DNA of 64,000 nucleotides, from the NCBI GenBank assembly GCA_038087875.1, contig CM075989.1:3596001-3660000 (forward strand), read 5' to 3'. Made by a program: the position numbers and the translations under genes. This document shows, in pieces, positions 49,399 through 62,700 of this stretch (position 1 is its first letter; the number at the start of each line of letters is the position of its first letter). The stretch comes from Malacoraja senta (taxonomy: Eukaryota). The notes below the pieces were generated by a model that searched no databases, had not been told where the DNA came from, and saw nothing but the letters and a program-made list of their open reading frames with translations.

Positions 49399-52300
49399 AT
49401 TTTACTTCGGAGTCACGTGAGTGACTACGTGAAGAACCCCGTCAGGGCGCATGCGCGTCATTACGTCTGACGCATTGGCGACAACGGCAGCAGGAGGATG
49501 GAGCTCGTCCTGCAAGGTGAGTAATTACAGCTCCATCAAAGTCGGGGAGACTTTGGAGGAGTTAGAAAAAGTAAGAAAGTGTTTCTGTGTTCTTTTTTCC
49601 CCACATACTGGAACAAGGAAAAGGTGCAGGCTGCTGACGACAAGGAGAGAGAGAGCTGCGGGATGCAGTCTCTGAAAGGCAGCCTGTCACCTCGGGGGAG
49701 TCGCAAGCCGGTAGCGGTGCGGGGCGACAGACTTGGCAAAGTGCCCAGCCGGGTACACAGCCAACGCCAGTCGGGCGGTCGGCATAACCCAAGTCTGTAA
49801 GGGCTATAGACTCCGCAGAGTCGGGCCACGAGAGTCCCGTCGGGGACAGGATACCGTTCCCCAGCGGTTATCCAAAAGGAGCAGCTCATACAGGGGCTGC
49901 TCCACAGAGACGCTCCAGGAGGAGTAGTGCTGGAGGGAAGCCATAGAGAAGGCTCCGCTGGCAGTGCCTAGGAGAGGTTCTGCTTCATAAAGCCACACTC
50001 CAGGAGGAGTTGTGCAGGTGGGAAGCCATAGGTAAGGCTCCGCTGGCAGTGCCTAGGAGAGGTCTGCTTCATAAAGCCACACTCCAGGAGGAGTAGTGCA
50101 GGCGGGAGGCCGTGGGGACGGCTCCGCTGGCAGTGCCTAGGAGAGGCCTGCTTCACAAAGCCACACTCCAGGAGGAGTTGTGCAGGCGGGAAGCCTTAGG
50201 GAAGGCTCCGCTGGCAGTGCCTAGTAGAGGCCTGCTTAAAAGCACCCTCTTTGCAAGAGGTGAGTGCAGAAGGGCAGATACGCTCTGACCCTGAGTCCGA
50301 CGACGACTTCCAAAGGGAGGGCAGGCAGCTGCCAGAGCTGACACTGTGTGCAGCACGGTTTGCCATGTCGTCGGACGCTGGTGAGCCTCTGGGTGAGGAA
50401 ATTGCCACCAGCATAAATTACCAAGTCTCACATCAGCTACAGGAGCTGACAATGGATGAGACAGTAAGGAGGCATAAAGCCCAATCAACTGTAGACTGTT
50501 AAAAGTTACTGTTGGGAACAGGAAGAATTGGGGCAAGATGGGCATACTAATGAGAGCCCAGGAGCATGTCAAGCTCCAGCATATTTTTAAAGTTGCTGGC
50601 ATCTGGTATAATGAGCATGGCCAGGATGGTGGATGGAGAGGCCATGACAAATTACAACAAAAGGCGCTATTGTGGAGTGCCCACGTTGAGATCAACTGCC
50701 TTGGCAAGACTGCGATTACACCAACCATCAATTCTAAAATGCTTCACTCTGCCAGCCTGGCACAGTGCAACTGGCACAGCTGTTTGGCGAGGATTTCGCA
50801 CAGAAGGTGAAGGAGCTGGAGGAGAAGTATCCCTATAAGCAAGGAGACTGGTCTGGGCAAGGGACGAGTCCAGCTACGATACAGCGCAGTTGGCGTTTGG
50901 CTGTAGCACCGCCAGGGAAGGGGAGATATCCAGCTCGAGGCCGGGGAAGAATGCCAGGTGGTAAGGAGGTAAGTGGGTCTGGTTCGCAAGTACACAGATC
51001 TAATGTGATACCTCAGATATGGTTATACTGAAGGTTATTGAAGGGTATCGAATAAAGCTTAATGCAAATTCTGATTTACCCATGCAACATGTTCCAAAAA
51101 GGAGTTTGACTTCAGTATCACCGAACAATTGGAAGTTCAGGTGGAACTTGCAAGCTTATGTAATAAAGGTGTAATTGCTAAGGCAGTTTACCAAAGCCAT
51201 CAGTTTGTGTCCAATATCTTTCCCAGACCAAAAAAGGATGGGGGGATGCAGAATTATACTGGACCTGAATAGGCTTAACCCTTTTGTAGAGTATAGACAT
51301 TTTAAGATGGAAACGTTTGAGAAGGAGATCTTAAAGATGCGGATTCCGTGTCTGTTCATTTGCAGGATAGAAGATTTAAAATTCAGCTGGATGGGGCAAT
51401 TATGCCAATACAATGCACTGCCTAATGGTTTGTCTTCAGCTCCTAGAGTGATTACAAAGTTGTTAAAACCTATTCTAGGCATGATGAGAAGTCAAGGGCA
51501 TGTGCTCATGGCTTAACTAGATAATATTTGATTGTAGGACAATCAAAGGAAACAGCTGAAGCATCAGTGGCAGTTGGTAAAAACCACTTTTTAACATAAG
51601 CTATCCAGAGAAATCTAAATTTATACCTGTGACACAAATTGACTAGTTGGGTTCACAATAGACTTAATCAACATGATTGTGACCTTGCCCAGGCAAAAAA
51701 AAAGGGTAGAGCTAATTAAGAGCTGTATCAAGTTAATTGCTGACACACAGCCTTCAATTAGCCAGGTGACAAGTCTGCTGTGGTAATTGCTGGCAGCATT
51801 TCCAGCAGTTCAATATGGCCACTTTATTATCTACAATTACAAAGGTCAAAGGAACAAGCACTGAGGATACATTGGGGTCATTATAATAGACCTATGCTTC
51901 TATCAATAGAGGCTGTTGCTCGTGTACAATGGGGGATTCAGCATGTGTCCACTAGTAGTTCCAAAGTGTTATTGGACCAAGCTTCCATGATTTTGCAGAC
52001 CGATGTCAGAGCACTTGGGTAGGGTGCTACTGATACAAGATCCAGCTGTGGAAACAGATGGACATTGCTTCTGCAAACATGGGGAATTAACCAAGGTTAT
52101 TTTATGGATTCAAGGCTTATGGCACTAGCTAAACTAGTTTGCATGTGCAGTGCAAAATAGACAACACTGCAGCAGTTGCTGATATGAATCACATGGGTGG
52201 AATCATGGATATTTGGATTGGAGCTATCTGCCAGGGAAACTTAATGTAGTTCCAGATGGCAGCTCATGGAAATTCCGTGATAATACAGAGTGGATGTTGA

Positions 52301-54192
52301 ACCAGGATGTGTTCAAGAACATAGTGCTTCTATATGGAAGGCCAAAATAAGTTTCATGGGCACCAGATCCAGGGGCAGTGGCAATTGATGCTTTTTCACT
52401 AAATTGGGATGATATGTTTGTGTATATTTTCCCACCATTCTGCCTCATAGGTCGGTGTTTGAGAAAATCAAGCAGGATGCCGCTTCAGGGGTTTTGGTGA
52501 TACCAAATTGGCCGATTCAACCATGGTTCCCTCTGATGTTACAGATAGCGATCCAACCTCTTTTTGCTGATTCCAAACAGTAGGAATTTGCTGGACGTTA
52601 ACATCCAGTAACACGTTAAGTTCATCCGTTATGTGTTCGTATTGATCTGTTCATTTGCAGGTTTTTAAGAATGCCTTACATTGGTCGAGGACTTTCTAGG
52701 CCAACGGTGGATATACTCACTGCAGCCTGGAGAAAGAGTACTCAAAAGCAGTATATGACTTATGTAACAAATGGGAACAATATGGTGTTCAAAAGAATAT
52801 TCAATATGATACTGTAGTTATTGAAAATGTGTTAGAGTTTATCTACACTTTATTATGATGAAGGTCTTAGCTATACTGCTATCAATACAGCTAGAAGTGC
52901 TTTGTCCGCATATCTTGTAATAGGTACACGGGCACAAAGTATAGGATCTCACCCTCTCATATCTAGGTTGATGAAAGGAATCTAATTCCAAACCGCCTAA
53001 GCCTAGGTATATGGTAATCTGCGAGGTAAGCGTTGTTCGTAACATACTTCGTCATTGGGTCCCTGTCACGGCTATAACTTTGTTAAAATTAACCATGAAA
53101 TTGGCTATGCTAATGGCATTGGTGTCAGTACAGAGAGTGCAGACTTTCCAAAAAACTTCAGTTCGAGAGAATGGAAGTGAATACAGAGAATGTTCTGTTT
53201 TATATTTCTGACCTGCTCAAACAAAGCAGGCCAGGTGTGACAGGTTTTAAGATTGTGTTCTCAGCATATCCTACAGCTCCATGTTTATGTGTAAGGACAC
53301 ATTTGTTACATTACATTGAAGCCACAAGGGCTTTAAGACAAGAAGAAACAGGATTATTTGTCAGTTACAAGAAGCCAACATAGAAGAGTGGCAGTTCAGA
53401 CTATCTCAAGGTGGTTAAAGCAAGAGTTGGTTCAGGCAGGAATTAACATTTATGTGTTTACATCTCATTCCACTAGCGCAGTAGCAACATCCGTGGCCAG
53501 GGCGATGGACGTTCCTATCGACCATATATTAAAAGCCGCAGGTTGGAAAAATGAACTTGTGTTTCAGCAATACTACCATCGGCCGATTGCCGATGGAGGG
53601 CTGTTTGCCAACTCAATATTGAGTGCTGTTGCTATTGTTTAAAGTCTGTTTTCAATACTGTTTCATTCTGTTTCGTTTGTTGCCCTACATTAAGAGGGTT
53701 TATTGGTTGTTTTATGACCAAAAATAAAACTGTTTTGTTTTTGCATGATATGCAATGTCATGTTTACAGCATTATTGATGATACTCAGTCAATCGATGCA
53801 GTGAGAAGCCGGGATTTTGATCTGCGGCATAAAAATCACAGAGCTTTAAAATCTTCACGTAGTCACTCACGTGACTCCGAAGTAAAATAGTAAGATTAAA
53901 CGAGAACTTACCAGTTTGAAGTTTGATCTTTATTTTATGAGGAGTTACGTTGGTGATTATGTGCCCGCCACGCCCAACCCTCTCTCATAGAAAAAAGGTC
54001 ATAATGGTAGTTCTCATGTTGATCATCTTAATATGTTACTTCAATTATGGTGTTGTCTGTGATTTCATACCGCTGCTTTGAAGATTGACGCGCATGCGCC
54101 CTGACGGGGTTCTTCACGTAATCACCAACGTAACGCCTCATGAAATAAAGATCAAACTTCAAACTGGTAAGTTCTCGTTTAATCTTACTATT
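49399..54192 (+). mobile_element. DIRS1-type retrotransposon copy C (family 1, full length, degenerate)
   Basis: ATT-bounded ends inside a CR1 3' UTR; RT CRIILDLNRLN...HFKMET...ALPNGLSSAPRVITKLLKP; RNase H LQTD; recombinase HSTSAVATS...ILKAAGWKNELVFQQYY; ICR at 53853-53963. Confidence 0.95.
49913..50237 (+). repeat. 84-bp tandem repeat, about 4 units, in DIRS ORF1
   Basis: Units start CTCCAGGAGGAGT at 49913, 49998, 50082 and 50166. Confidence 0.92.
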
Positions 54193-54226
54193 CTTGATTA
54201 GTAAGGGTGTCATGGGGAGAAGGCAA

Positions 54227-55430
54227 TAGACAATAGGTGCAGAAGTAGGCCATTCGGTCCTTCGAGCCAGCACTGCCATTTACTGTGATCATGGCTGATC
54301 ATCCACAACCAGTAGCCCGTTCCTGCCTTCTCCCCATATCCCTTGACTCTGCTATCTTTAAGAGCTCTTTTTTAACTCTCTTTTGGAAGCATCCAGAGAA
54401 TTGGCCTCCACTGCCTTCTGAGGCAGAGATTTCCACAGCTTCACAACTCACTGCGTGAAAAAGCTTATTCTGTGGCCCCTGGTTTTGGACTCCCCCAACA
54501 TCGGGAACATGTTTCCTGCCTCAAGCCTGTCCAATCCCTTAATAATCCCTTCCTCAAATTTAGAGACTAAAACTGCACAAAATACTCCAGGTAAATACAC
54601 ACTACTGAATGGTCTCACTAGGGCACTTGTCAAATGCAGAAGGACCTCTTTGCTCCTATACTCAACTCCTCTCCTCAACTTTAGCTTTATTCGCAGCCTG
54701 CTGTACCTGCATGCTTACTTTCAGTGACTGATGGACAAGGGCTACCAGATCTCGTTGTACTTCCCCTTTTCCTAACTTGCCACCATTCAGATAATAATCT
54801 GCCTTCCTGTTCTTGCCACCAAAGTGGATAACCTCACATTTATCCACATTAAACTGCATCTGGCATGCATCTGCCCACTCACCCAACATGACCAAGTCAC
54901 CCTGCATCCTCATAGCATCCTCCTCACAGTTCACACTGCCACCCAGCTTTGTGTCATCTGCAAATTTGCTAACGTTACATTTAATCCCTTCATCTAAATC
55001 ATTAATATATATTGTAAAAAGCTGCGGTCCCAGCACTGAGCCTTGTGGTACCCCACTAGTCACTGCCTGCCATTCTGAAAGGGAACCGTTTATCCCTACT
55101 CTTTGTTTCCTGCCTGTCAACCAATTTTCTATCCTTGTCAGTACTTTACCCCCAATACCAAGTGCTCCAATTTTGCCCACTAATCTCCTATGTGGGACTT
55201 ATCAACGACTTTCTGAAAGTCCAGGTATACAACATCCACTGGCTCTCCCTTGTCCATTTTCCTAGTTACATTCCCAAAAATTCAAGAAGATTAGACCACC
55301 TTGATTTCCACTTCGTAAATCCATGCTGACTCGGACCGATCCTGTTACTGGTATCCAAATGTGCCGCTATTTCATCTTTTATAATTGATTCCTGCATCTT
55401 ACCCATCACCGATGTCAGGCTAACTGATGT
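54227..55430 (-). mobile_element. CR1 LINE, truncated and internally deleted
   Basis: SGVPQGSVLGPQLFTIYINDLDEGIKCNVSKFADDTKLGG. Confidence 0.92.
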
Positions 55431-55669
55431 CAGGAAAGATAATGGAGTTGAGAGGGAAAGATAGATCAGTCATGATTGACTGGCAGAGTGGACTTGATGG
55501 GCCAAATGGCCTAATTCTTCTCCTAGAAATTATGTACATATTTATTTCCTTCAAAATACACTGAACTCTCATTGGAAAATGAAATGTGGCCTTAAGCTTT
55601 TGGGGAAATATTGCACAACAATTAAAATCCTTTGAATCCCCCTTAACGCAAATTAGTTTAGTTTTGTTT

Positions 55670-55958
55670 AAGAATAAGGATTAAGCCATTTAGAATGGCG
55701 ACGAGGAAACACTTTTTCTCACAGAGAGTGGTGTGTCTGTGGAATTCTCTGCCTCAGAGAGCGGTGGAGGCAGGTTCATTGGATGCTTTCAAGAGAGAGC
55801 TAGATAGGGCTCTTACAAATAGCGTAGTCAAGGGATATGGGGAGAAGGCAGGAATGGAGTACTGATTGGGGATGATCAGCCATGATCACATTGAATGGTG
55901 GTGCTGGCTCAAAGGGCCAAATGGCCTACTCCTGCACCTATTGTCTATTGTCTATTGT
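55670..55958 (+). mobile_element. CR1 3' fragment inserted in a SINE tail
   Basis: Same subfamily as 6161-6511; (CTATTGT)3 tail. Confidence 0.85.
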
Positions 55959-56465
55959 TTAGAGATACAGCATGGAAGCAGGCCCTTTGCCCCACCGAGT
56001 CCATGCCGACCATCGATCACTCGTTCTGTATGATCTCAATTTCCCATCCACTCTCTCCACACTTGAGGCAATATACAGAGGCCAATTAACCTACAAACCT
56101 GCATGTCTTTGGGATGTGGGAGGAAACGGGTGGCAGACTAACTCAGCGGGTCAGGCAGCATCTATGGTGAACGTGAACAGGTCATGTTTCGGATGTCAAA
56201 GGGTAATGGGATGACGGCAGGAGAATGTGGTTGAGAAGGAAACATAGATCAGCCCTGATTGAATGGTGGAGTAGATTGGATGGGCCGAATGGCCTAATTC
56301 TGCCCCGAGAGCTTATGAACATGTAATCTATCCCTGAAGTGATGAGTTACCTCTCTGAGGTACTCCAGCACTTCGTGTCTTTATTCTCTTTTTGCCAATG
56401 TTTGTCACTTACCAACATTTCTAGCCAATTCTACCACAGGGTCAGTGTGATCATCTTTCTTCAAC

Positions 56466-58096
56466 ATGGGTGGTCTTGGATGGAAAAGCACATTAAAGCA
56501 CATCAAAGGTCACATTTGTTCTTGGTATCATCTTCGCCCTGTCTTGTCCAATTACCCAAGCAGCTAGAATATTGGTCGTGCCTGTTGATGGAAGTCACTG
56601 GATCAATATGAAAATTCTAATGGAAGAGCTGACCATTCGTGGCCACAGCATCACTGTTCTTTGTTACTCCGCAACCTGGTACATCAAAGAGAGACCCGAT
56701 CTGTATCAAACCGTCATAGTTCAAGCACAAGATAACTTTGTAGCACCTTCAAGGAAAGAAATGATGGAAAAAATGGTGCTAATGTCACTGGACAGATTAC
56801 AGAATGGTCACACACTATGGGGCAACATTATGTTACAAAATCTAATGATTACAATTATGTACAATTTTCATAGAATTTCTCAAAATTTCCACATGGCAAT
56901 CTTTGAAAATAAAAGCTTGTTGAATCAATTGGAAAATGCAAACTTTGACCTAATTCTCACAGATCCTGTATTTGGCATTGGGTCAATGCTTGCGTATTAT
57001 TTAAAAGTGCAGCTGGTGTACAACGTTTGATGGCTGATCATTGGGGAAGCCCATTTTCTCACTGCTCCGTCACCACTTTCCTACGTCCCACTTCCTGGCT
57101 CACTACTCACAGACAAATGGATTTTCTCCAAAGAACAGAAAATGTCATTCACCGTCTCTTTCAACACATAATTTCTGAGTTTTTGGTGTTCCCACTTTAT
57201 AATAAATTCTGCCATCGGTATCTGGGACCAGACACGGACATCAAGTCGATTCTCGAAAGAGCTGATGTGTGGCTGATGAGTGTAGATTTTGTCTTTGAAT
57301 TCTCAAGACCCACCATGCCAAACATTGTGTATATCGGAGGCTTCCCGTGTAAACCAGCACAGCCTCTGGCAGCAGACTTTGAGGAGTTTGTCCAAAGCTC
57401 AGGGAAACATGGACTTCTTGTAATGTCATTGGGTTCCATTGTCGACTCTTTACAAATGGAGATTACAATGAAAATAGCAGAAGCTTTATCTCAAATCCCC
57501 CAGAAGGTTATCTGGAGATATGATGGTGAGACCCCTCCCAATATAGGGAATAATACATTGCTGGCAAAATGGATCCCTCAGAACGACCTGCTGGGTCACC
57601 CCAACACACGAGCCTTTGTTTCACACGGAGGCACCAATGGCATTTATGAAGCCATTTACCATGGGGTGCCAGTGATCGGCATGCCTCTGCTTTTTGACCA
57701 GTTTGACAATGTAATTAGACTCGAATCCCGAGGAGCAGCAAAAGTGATCAACATTGCAACCATGCACTCCACAGACCTGTTGCAGGCACTCAACGAGGTG
57801 ATAAATGGCGCATCTTATGGGGACAACATGAAGAGACTCTCCGCTCTCCATCGGGACCAGCCAGAGTCGCCAATGGAGAGAGACGTTTTCTGGGTTGAGT
57901 ACGTTGCCCGACACAAATTCTGCGCTCAGAATCCCACCGACTCCCCTGGTACGCTTACTATTGTGTAGATGTGATGATCTTTCTATTGTCTGTGTTACTC
58001 CTACTCACTGTGCTGGTGGTTGGAACACTGATGAAACGTTGCCGTATTGCTTGGAAGAAAAAGTTGTTGGGTCTAATAACTAGAACTTATTTCTGA
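56466..58096 (+). pseudogene. UDP-glucuronosyltransferase pseudogene 2 (single coding exon, UGT5-type, near full length)
   Basis: VVPVDGSHWINMKILMEEL; complete UGT signature WIPQNDLLGHPNTRAFVSHGGTNGIYEAIYHGVPVIGMPLLFDQFDN; TM helix. Signal-peptide frameshift, TGA at 57028, frameshifts at about 57115 and 57916. Confidence 0.93.
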
Positions 58097-58297
58097 ACAG
58101 CATTGGCAGAAGCAAGTCCAAGGGACTGCTCTCGGATCAATGTTAAGGGAAATCGAGAAATAAATGAGGAGCTAAATGTTAGCACTGCTTGCAGGAGATT
58201 TGACTGAAGATGTTGCAGGAACATATGAGCCTGAAATATTACTGAGAAAATGAGATTACAGTTGATGTGAAGGCGAGGCCAAACATTGTTTGTAAGG

Positions 58298-59092
58298 AAG
58301 ATAGACACAAAAAAGCTGGAGTAACTTAGCTGGTCAGGCAACATATATGGAGAAAAGGAATAGGTGACATTTCAGGTCGATAGACTTTGTCAGTCTAAAG
58401 AAGGGTCTTGACCCAAAACATCACTTATTCACTCTCATCTGAGATGCTGCCTGTCCCGCTGAGTTACTCCAGCTTTTTGTGTCTATCTTCTGACTGAGAG
58501 TCAGAGGAGAGGGAACCGACAGATATGAAAAGGTACATAGAACAAATGAATGAGAGATATGGAAAGAGACAGATCAAAGCCAGCAACGACAATCAACGAA
58601 AGGTTGAGCCCACAATGGTGCATTGTTGGCTGTGGGGAATGTGATAATGAATAATGCAAACAGTGAAACTCAGCAGGATGACAGTGAAACTAGTACAAAA
58701 ACTAGGGTAGGGGAGGGACATAGAGAGGGGATGCAAGGGTTACTTGAAGTTAGAGAAATCAATATTCATACTGCTGGGTTGTCAGCTGCCCAAGCAAAAT
58801 ATGACATTTCATAATGTTGGGTACATCTTTTAAAATTGAATTGTCAGTCACCCACTGAAGATGTCCACATGCCTGTCTCCATACCACCTCCCTCGACTCT
58901 GTCCAGGGACCCCGACAGTCCTTTCAGGTTAGACAGTGGTTCACTTGCACCTCCTCCAACCTCATCTACTGTATCCGTTGTTCAAGATGTGGACTCTTAT
59001 ACATCGGCGACACCAAACTCAGACGGGGCGATCGTTTCGCGGAACTCCTTCGCTCAGTGCACCTGAACCTACATGATCTCCCGGTTACTAAC
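58298..59092. mobile_element. Penelope-like cluster: fold-back pLTR (58298-58490), minus-strand 3' part (to about 58805), GIY-YIG fragment (58905-59092, plus strand)
   Basis: Inverted arms; the plus-strand segment encodes FTCTSSNLIYCIRCSRCGLLYIGDTK. Confidence 0.82.
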
Positions 59093-59724
59093 AGCCCCAT
59101 ATGAAGCTTTTCAAAAAGGGGGGTGGCATGACAGGATTACAAAATTTTAATGTGAAATAACGTGCATGTCGCGCACATCATGAGCGCGAAGTGCGTCACG
59201 GCCGGGGTCCAGGGCCCCCTTAAGGGCCCTGGAAGCTCTGGGTTTTTAGATGCTCTGTGGTGCATTCTGAGCCTTATTTTGGAGCTTTTTTGCACCAAAT
59301 CTATGACCAATATTTCAGAAATAAATTTGGTTGTCAAGAGTAATGAGTGGGTGTAATCGGATGTTTGAGGTCATTGCTGTATCCTTTTTTTAAAATCAAG
59401 AATTGAAGTTGTCCTTGTTTTATTAATCAAGTTTACTGTTGTAAAATGTTATGTAAAATGTTATAAAGGAGCATGCAAAAATTGCAAATAAAATACTGTA
59501 AGTTTTTGCAGTAAATAAAATCTTTTTTTAGAAAATGTTTTGTGTGTTGATTTGATTGCCTGTTACTGTTAGTGTGTGCAGTGCACCTTTAATAGTCTTC
59601 CTGACCTAACCATTTCACATCACATCAATTTCAACATGGAATAGTGATGTGAATACAACATTTAGTTCGACCAATTTCCATCATGAAAATTATCACTTTT
59701 CTATGATCGCTTTCAAACTAACCT

Positions 59725-62700
59725 ATTTTACTTCGGAGTCACGTGAGTGACTACGTGAAACATAGAAACATAGAAACATAGAAAATAGGTGCAGGAGTAG
59801 GCCATTCGGCCCTTCGAGCCTGCACCGCCATTTGATATGATCATGGCTGATCATCCAACTCAGTATCCCATCCCTGCCTTCTCTCCATACCCCCTGATCC
59901 CTTTAGCCACAAGGGCCACATCTAACTCCCTCATAAATATAGCCAATGAACTGGCCTCAACTACCTTCTGTGGCAGAGAATTCCACAGATTCACCACTCT
60001 CTGTGTAAAAAATGATTTCCTCATCTCGGTCCTAAAAGTCTTCCCTCTTATCCTTAAACTGTGACCCCTAGTTCTGGACTTCCCCAACATCGGGAATAAT
60101 CTTCCTGCATCTAGCGTGTCCAACCCCTTAAGAATTTTGTAAGTTTCTATAAGATCCCCCCTCAGTCTTCTGAATTCCAACGTGTACAAGCTGAGTCTAT
60201 CCAGTCTTTCCTCATATGAAAGTCCTGCCATCCCAGGAATCAGTCCGGTGAACCTTCTCTGTACTCCCTCTATGGCAAGAATGTCTTTCCTCAGATTAGG
60301 AGACCAAAACTGTACGCAATACTCCAGGTGTGGTCTCACCAAGACCCTGTACAACTGCAGTAGAACCTCCCTGCTCTCATACTCAAATCCTTTTGCTATG
60401 AATGCTAACATACCATTTGCTTTCTTCACTGCCTGCTGCACCTGCATTCCTACTTTCAATGACTGGTGTACCATGACACCCAGGTCTCGTTGCATCTCCC
60501 CTTTTCCTAATCGGCCACCATTCAGTTAATAGTCTACTTTCCTGCTTTTGCCACCAAAAGTGGATAACCTCACATTTATCCACATTATACTGCATCTGCC
60601 ATGCCTTTGCCCACTCACCCAACCTATCCAAGTCACCTTGCAGCCTCCTAGCATCCTCCTCACAGCTGAGACTGCCCCCCAGCTTCGTGTCATCCGCAAA
60701 CTTGGAGATGTTGCATTCAATTCCCTCATCCAGATCATTAATATATATTGTAAATAGCTGAGGTCCCAGCACTGAGCTTTGCGGTACCCCACTAGTCACT
60801 GCCTGCCATTCTGAAAAAGACCCGTTTACTCCTACTCTTTGCTTCCTGTCTGCCAGCCAGTTCTCTATCCACATCAATACTGAACCCCCAATACCATGTG
60901 TTTTAAGTTTGTATGCTAATCTCTTATGTGGGACCTTGTCGAAAGCCTTCTGAAAGTCCAGATATAACACATCCACTGGTTCTCCCTTATCCACTCTACT
61001 AGTTACATCCTCGAAAAATGCTATAAGATTTGTCAGACATGATTTACCTTTCATAAATCCATGCTGACTTTGTCCAATGAACTCACCACTTTCCAAATGT
61101 GCTGCTATCCCATCTTTAATAACTGACTCCAGAATTTTCCCCACCGCCGATGTTAGACTAACTGGTCTGTAATTCCCCGTTTTCTCTCTCCCTCCCTTTT
61201 TAAAAAGTGGGGTTACATTAGCTACCCTCCAGTCCTCAGGAACTACTCCAGAATCTAAAGAGTTTTGAAAAATTATCACTAATGCATTCACGATTTCTGC
61301 GGCTACTTCCTTAAGTACTCTGGGATGCAACTTATCCGGCCCTGGGGATTATCGGCCTTTAATCCATTCAATTTACCTAACACCACTTCCCGGCTAACCT
61401 GGATTTCACTCAGTTCCTCCATCTCATTTAACCCCCGGTCCCTTGCTATTTCCAGTAGATTATTTATGTCTTCCTTAGTGAAGACAGAACCAAAGTAATT
61501 ATTCAATTGGTCTGCCATGTCCTTGTTCGCCATGTCCTCTGGTAGGCTGCTCGTTCTGGCTAATTTGTAGGCGTCCTCTTTTGTTTTGATACTATCCCTG
61601 ATTTCCCTTGTTATCCACGGATGCACTACCTTCCCTGATTTATTCTTTTGCCAAACTGGGATGAACACTTGTTGTAGTTCATCCATGCAGTTTTTAAATG
61701 CCTTCCATTGCATATCCACTGTCAACCCTTTAAGAATCATTGGCCAGTCTATCTTGGCCAATTCACGTCTCATACCCTCAAAGTCACCTTTCTTTAAGTT
61801 CAGGACCTTTGTTTCTGAATTAACAATGTCACTCTCCATCCTAATGAAGAACTCAACCATATTATGGTCACTTGCCCAAGGGGCCATGCACAACAAGACT
61901 GCTAACTAACCCTTCCTCATTACTCAATACCCAGTCTAGAATAGCCTGCTCTCTCATTGGTTCTTCTACATGTTGGTTTAGAAAACTATCCCGCATATAT
62001 TCCAAGAAATCCTCTTCCTCAGCACCCCTGCCAATTTGATTCACCCAATCTATATGTAGATTGAAGTCACCCATTATAATGGTTTTACCTTTGTTGCACG
62101 TGTTTCTAATTTCCTGTTTGATGCCATCCCCTACTCCACTACTACTTTTAGGTGGCCGGTACACCACTCCCACTAGCGTTTTCTGCCCCTTAGTGTTTCG
62201 CAGCTCTACCCATATCGATTCCACATCCTCCAAGCTAATGTCCTTCCTTTCTATTGCGTTAATCTCCTCTCTAACCAGCAACGCTACCCCACCTCCTTTT
62301 CCTTTCTGTCTATCCCTCCTGAATATTGAATATCCCTGAATGTTCAGCTCCCAGCCTTGGTCACCCTGGAGCCATGTCTCCGTGATCCCAACTATATCAT
62401 ATTCATTAATAACTATCTGCACATTCAACTCATCCACCTTATTACGAATGCTCCTTGCATTAAGATACAAAGCCTTCAGGCTTGTCTTTACAACACTCTT
62501 ACCCCTTATACAATTATGTTGAAAAGTGGCCCTTTTTGATTTTTGCCCTGGTTTTGTCTGCCTGCCACTTTTACTTTTCACCTTGCTACCTACCTTGCTA
62601 CCTAGTGAAGAAGGCCATCAACCCGCATGCGCGTCATGTCAGCGTAGGTATCCTCAGGGGCCTGCGGCAGCACCTGTTTTAGGGCTGCCTACGTATCTCT

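Noticed and set aside
49913..50237. Regularly spaced repeats resembling a CRISPR array
   Set aside because: Whole units repeat with no unique spacers, they lie inside DIRS ORF1, the context is eukaryotic and there are no cas genes.
59093..59720. Possible DNA-transposon remnant
   Set aside because: No matching TIR pair or TSD could be established by eye.
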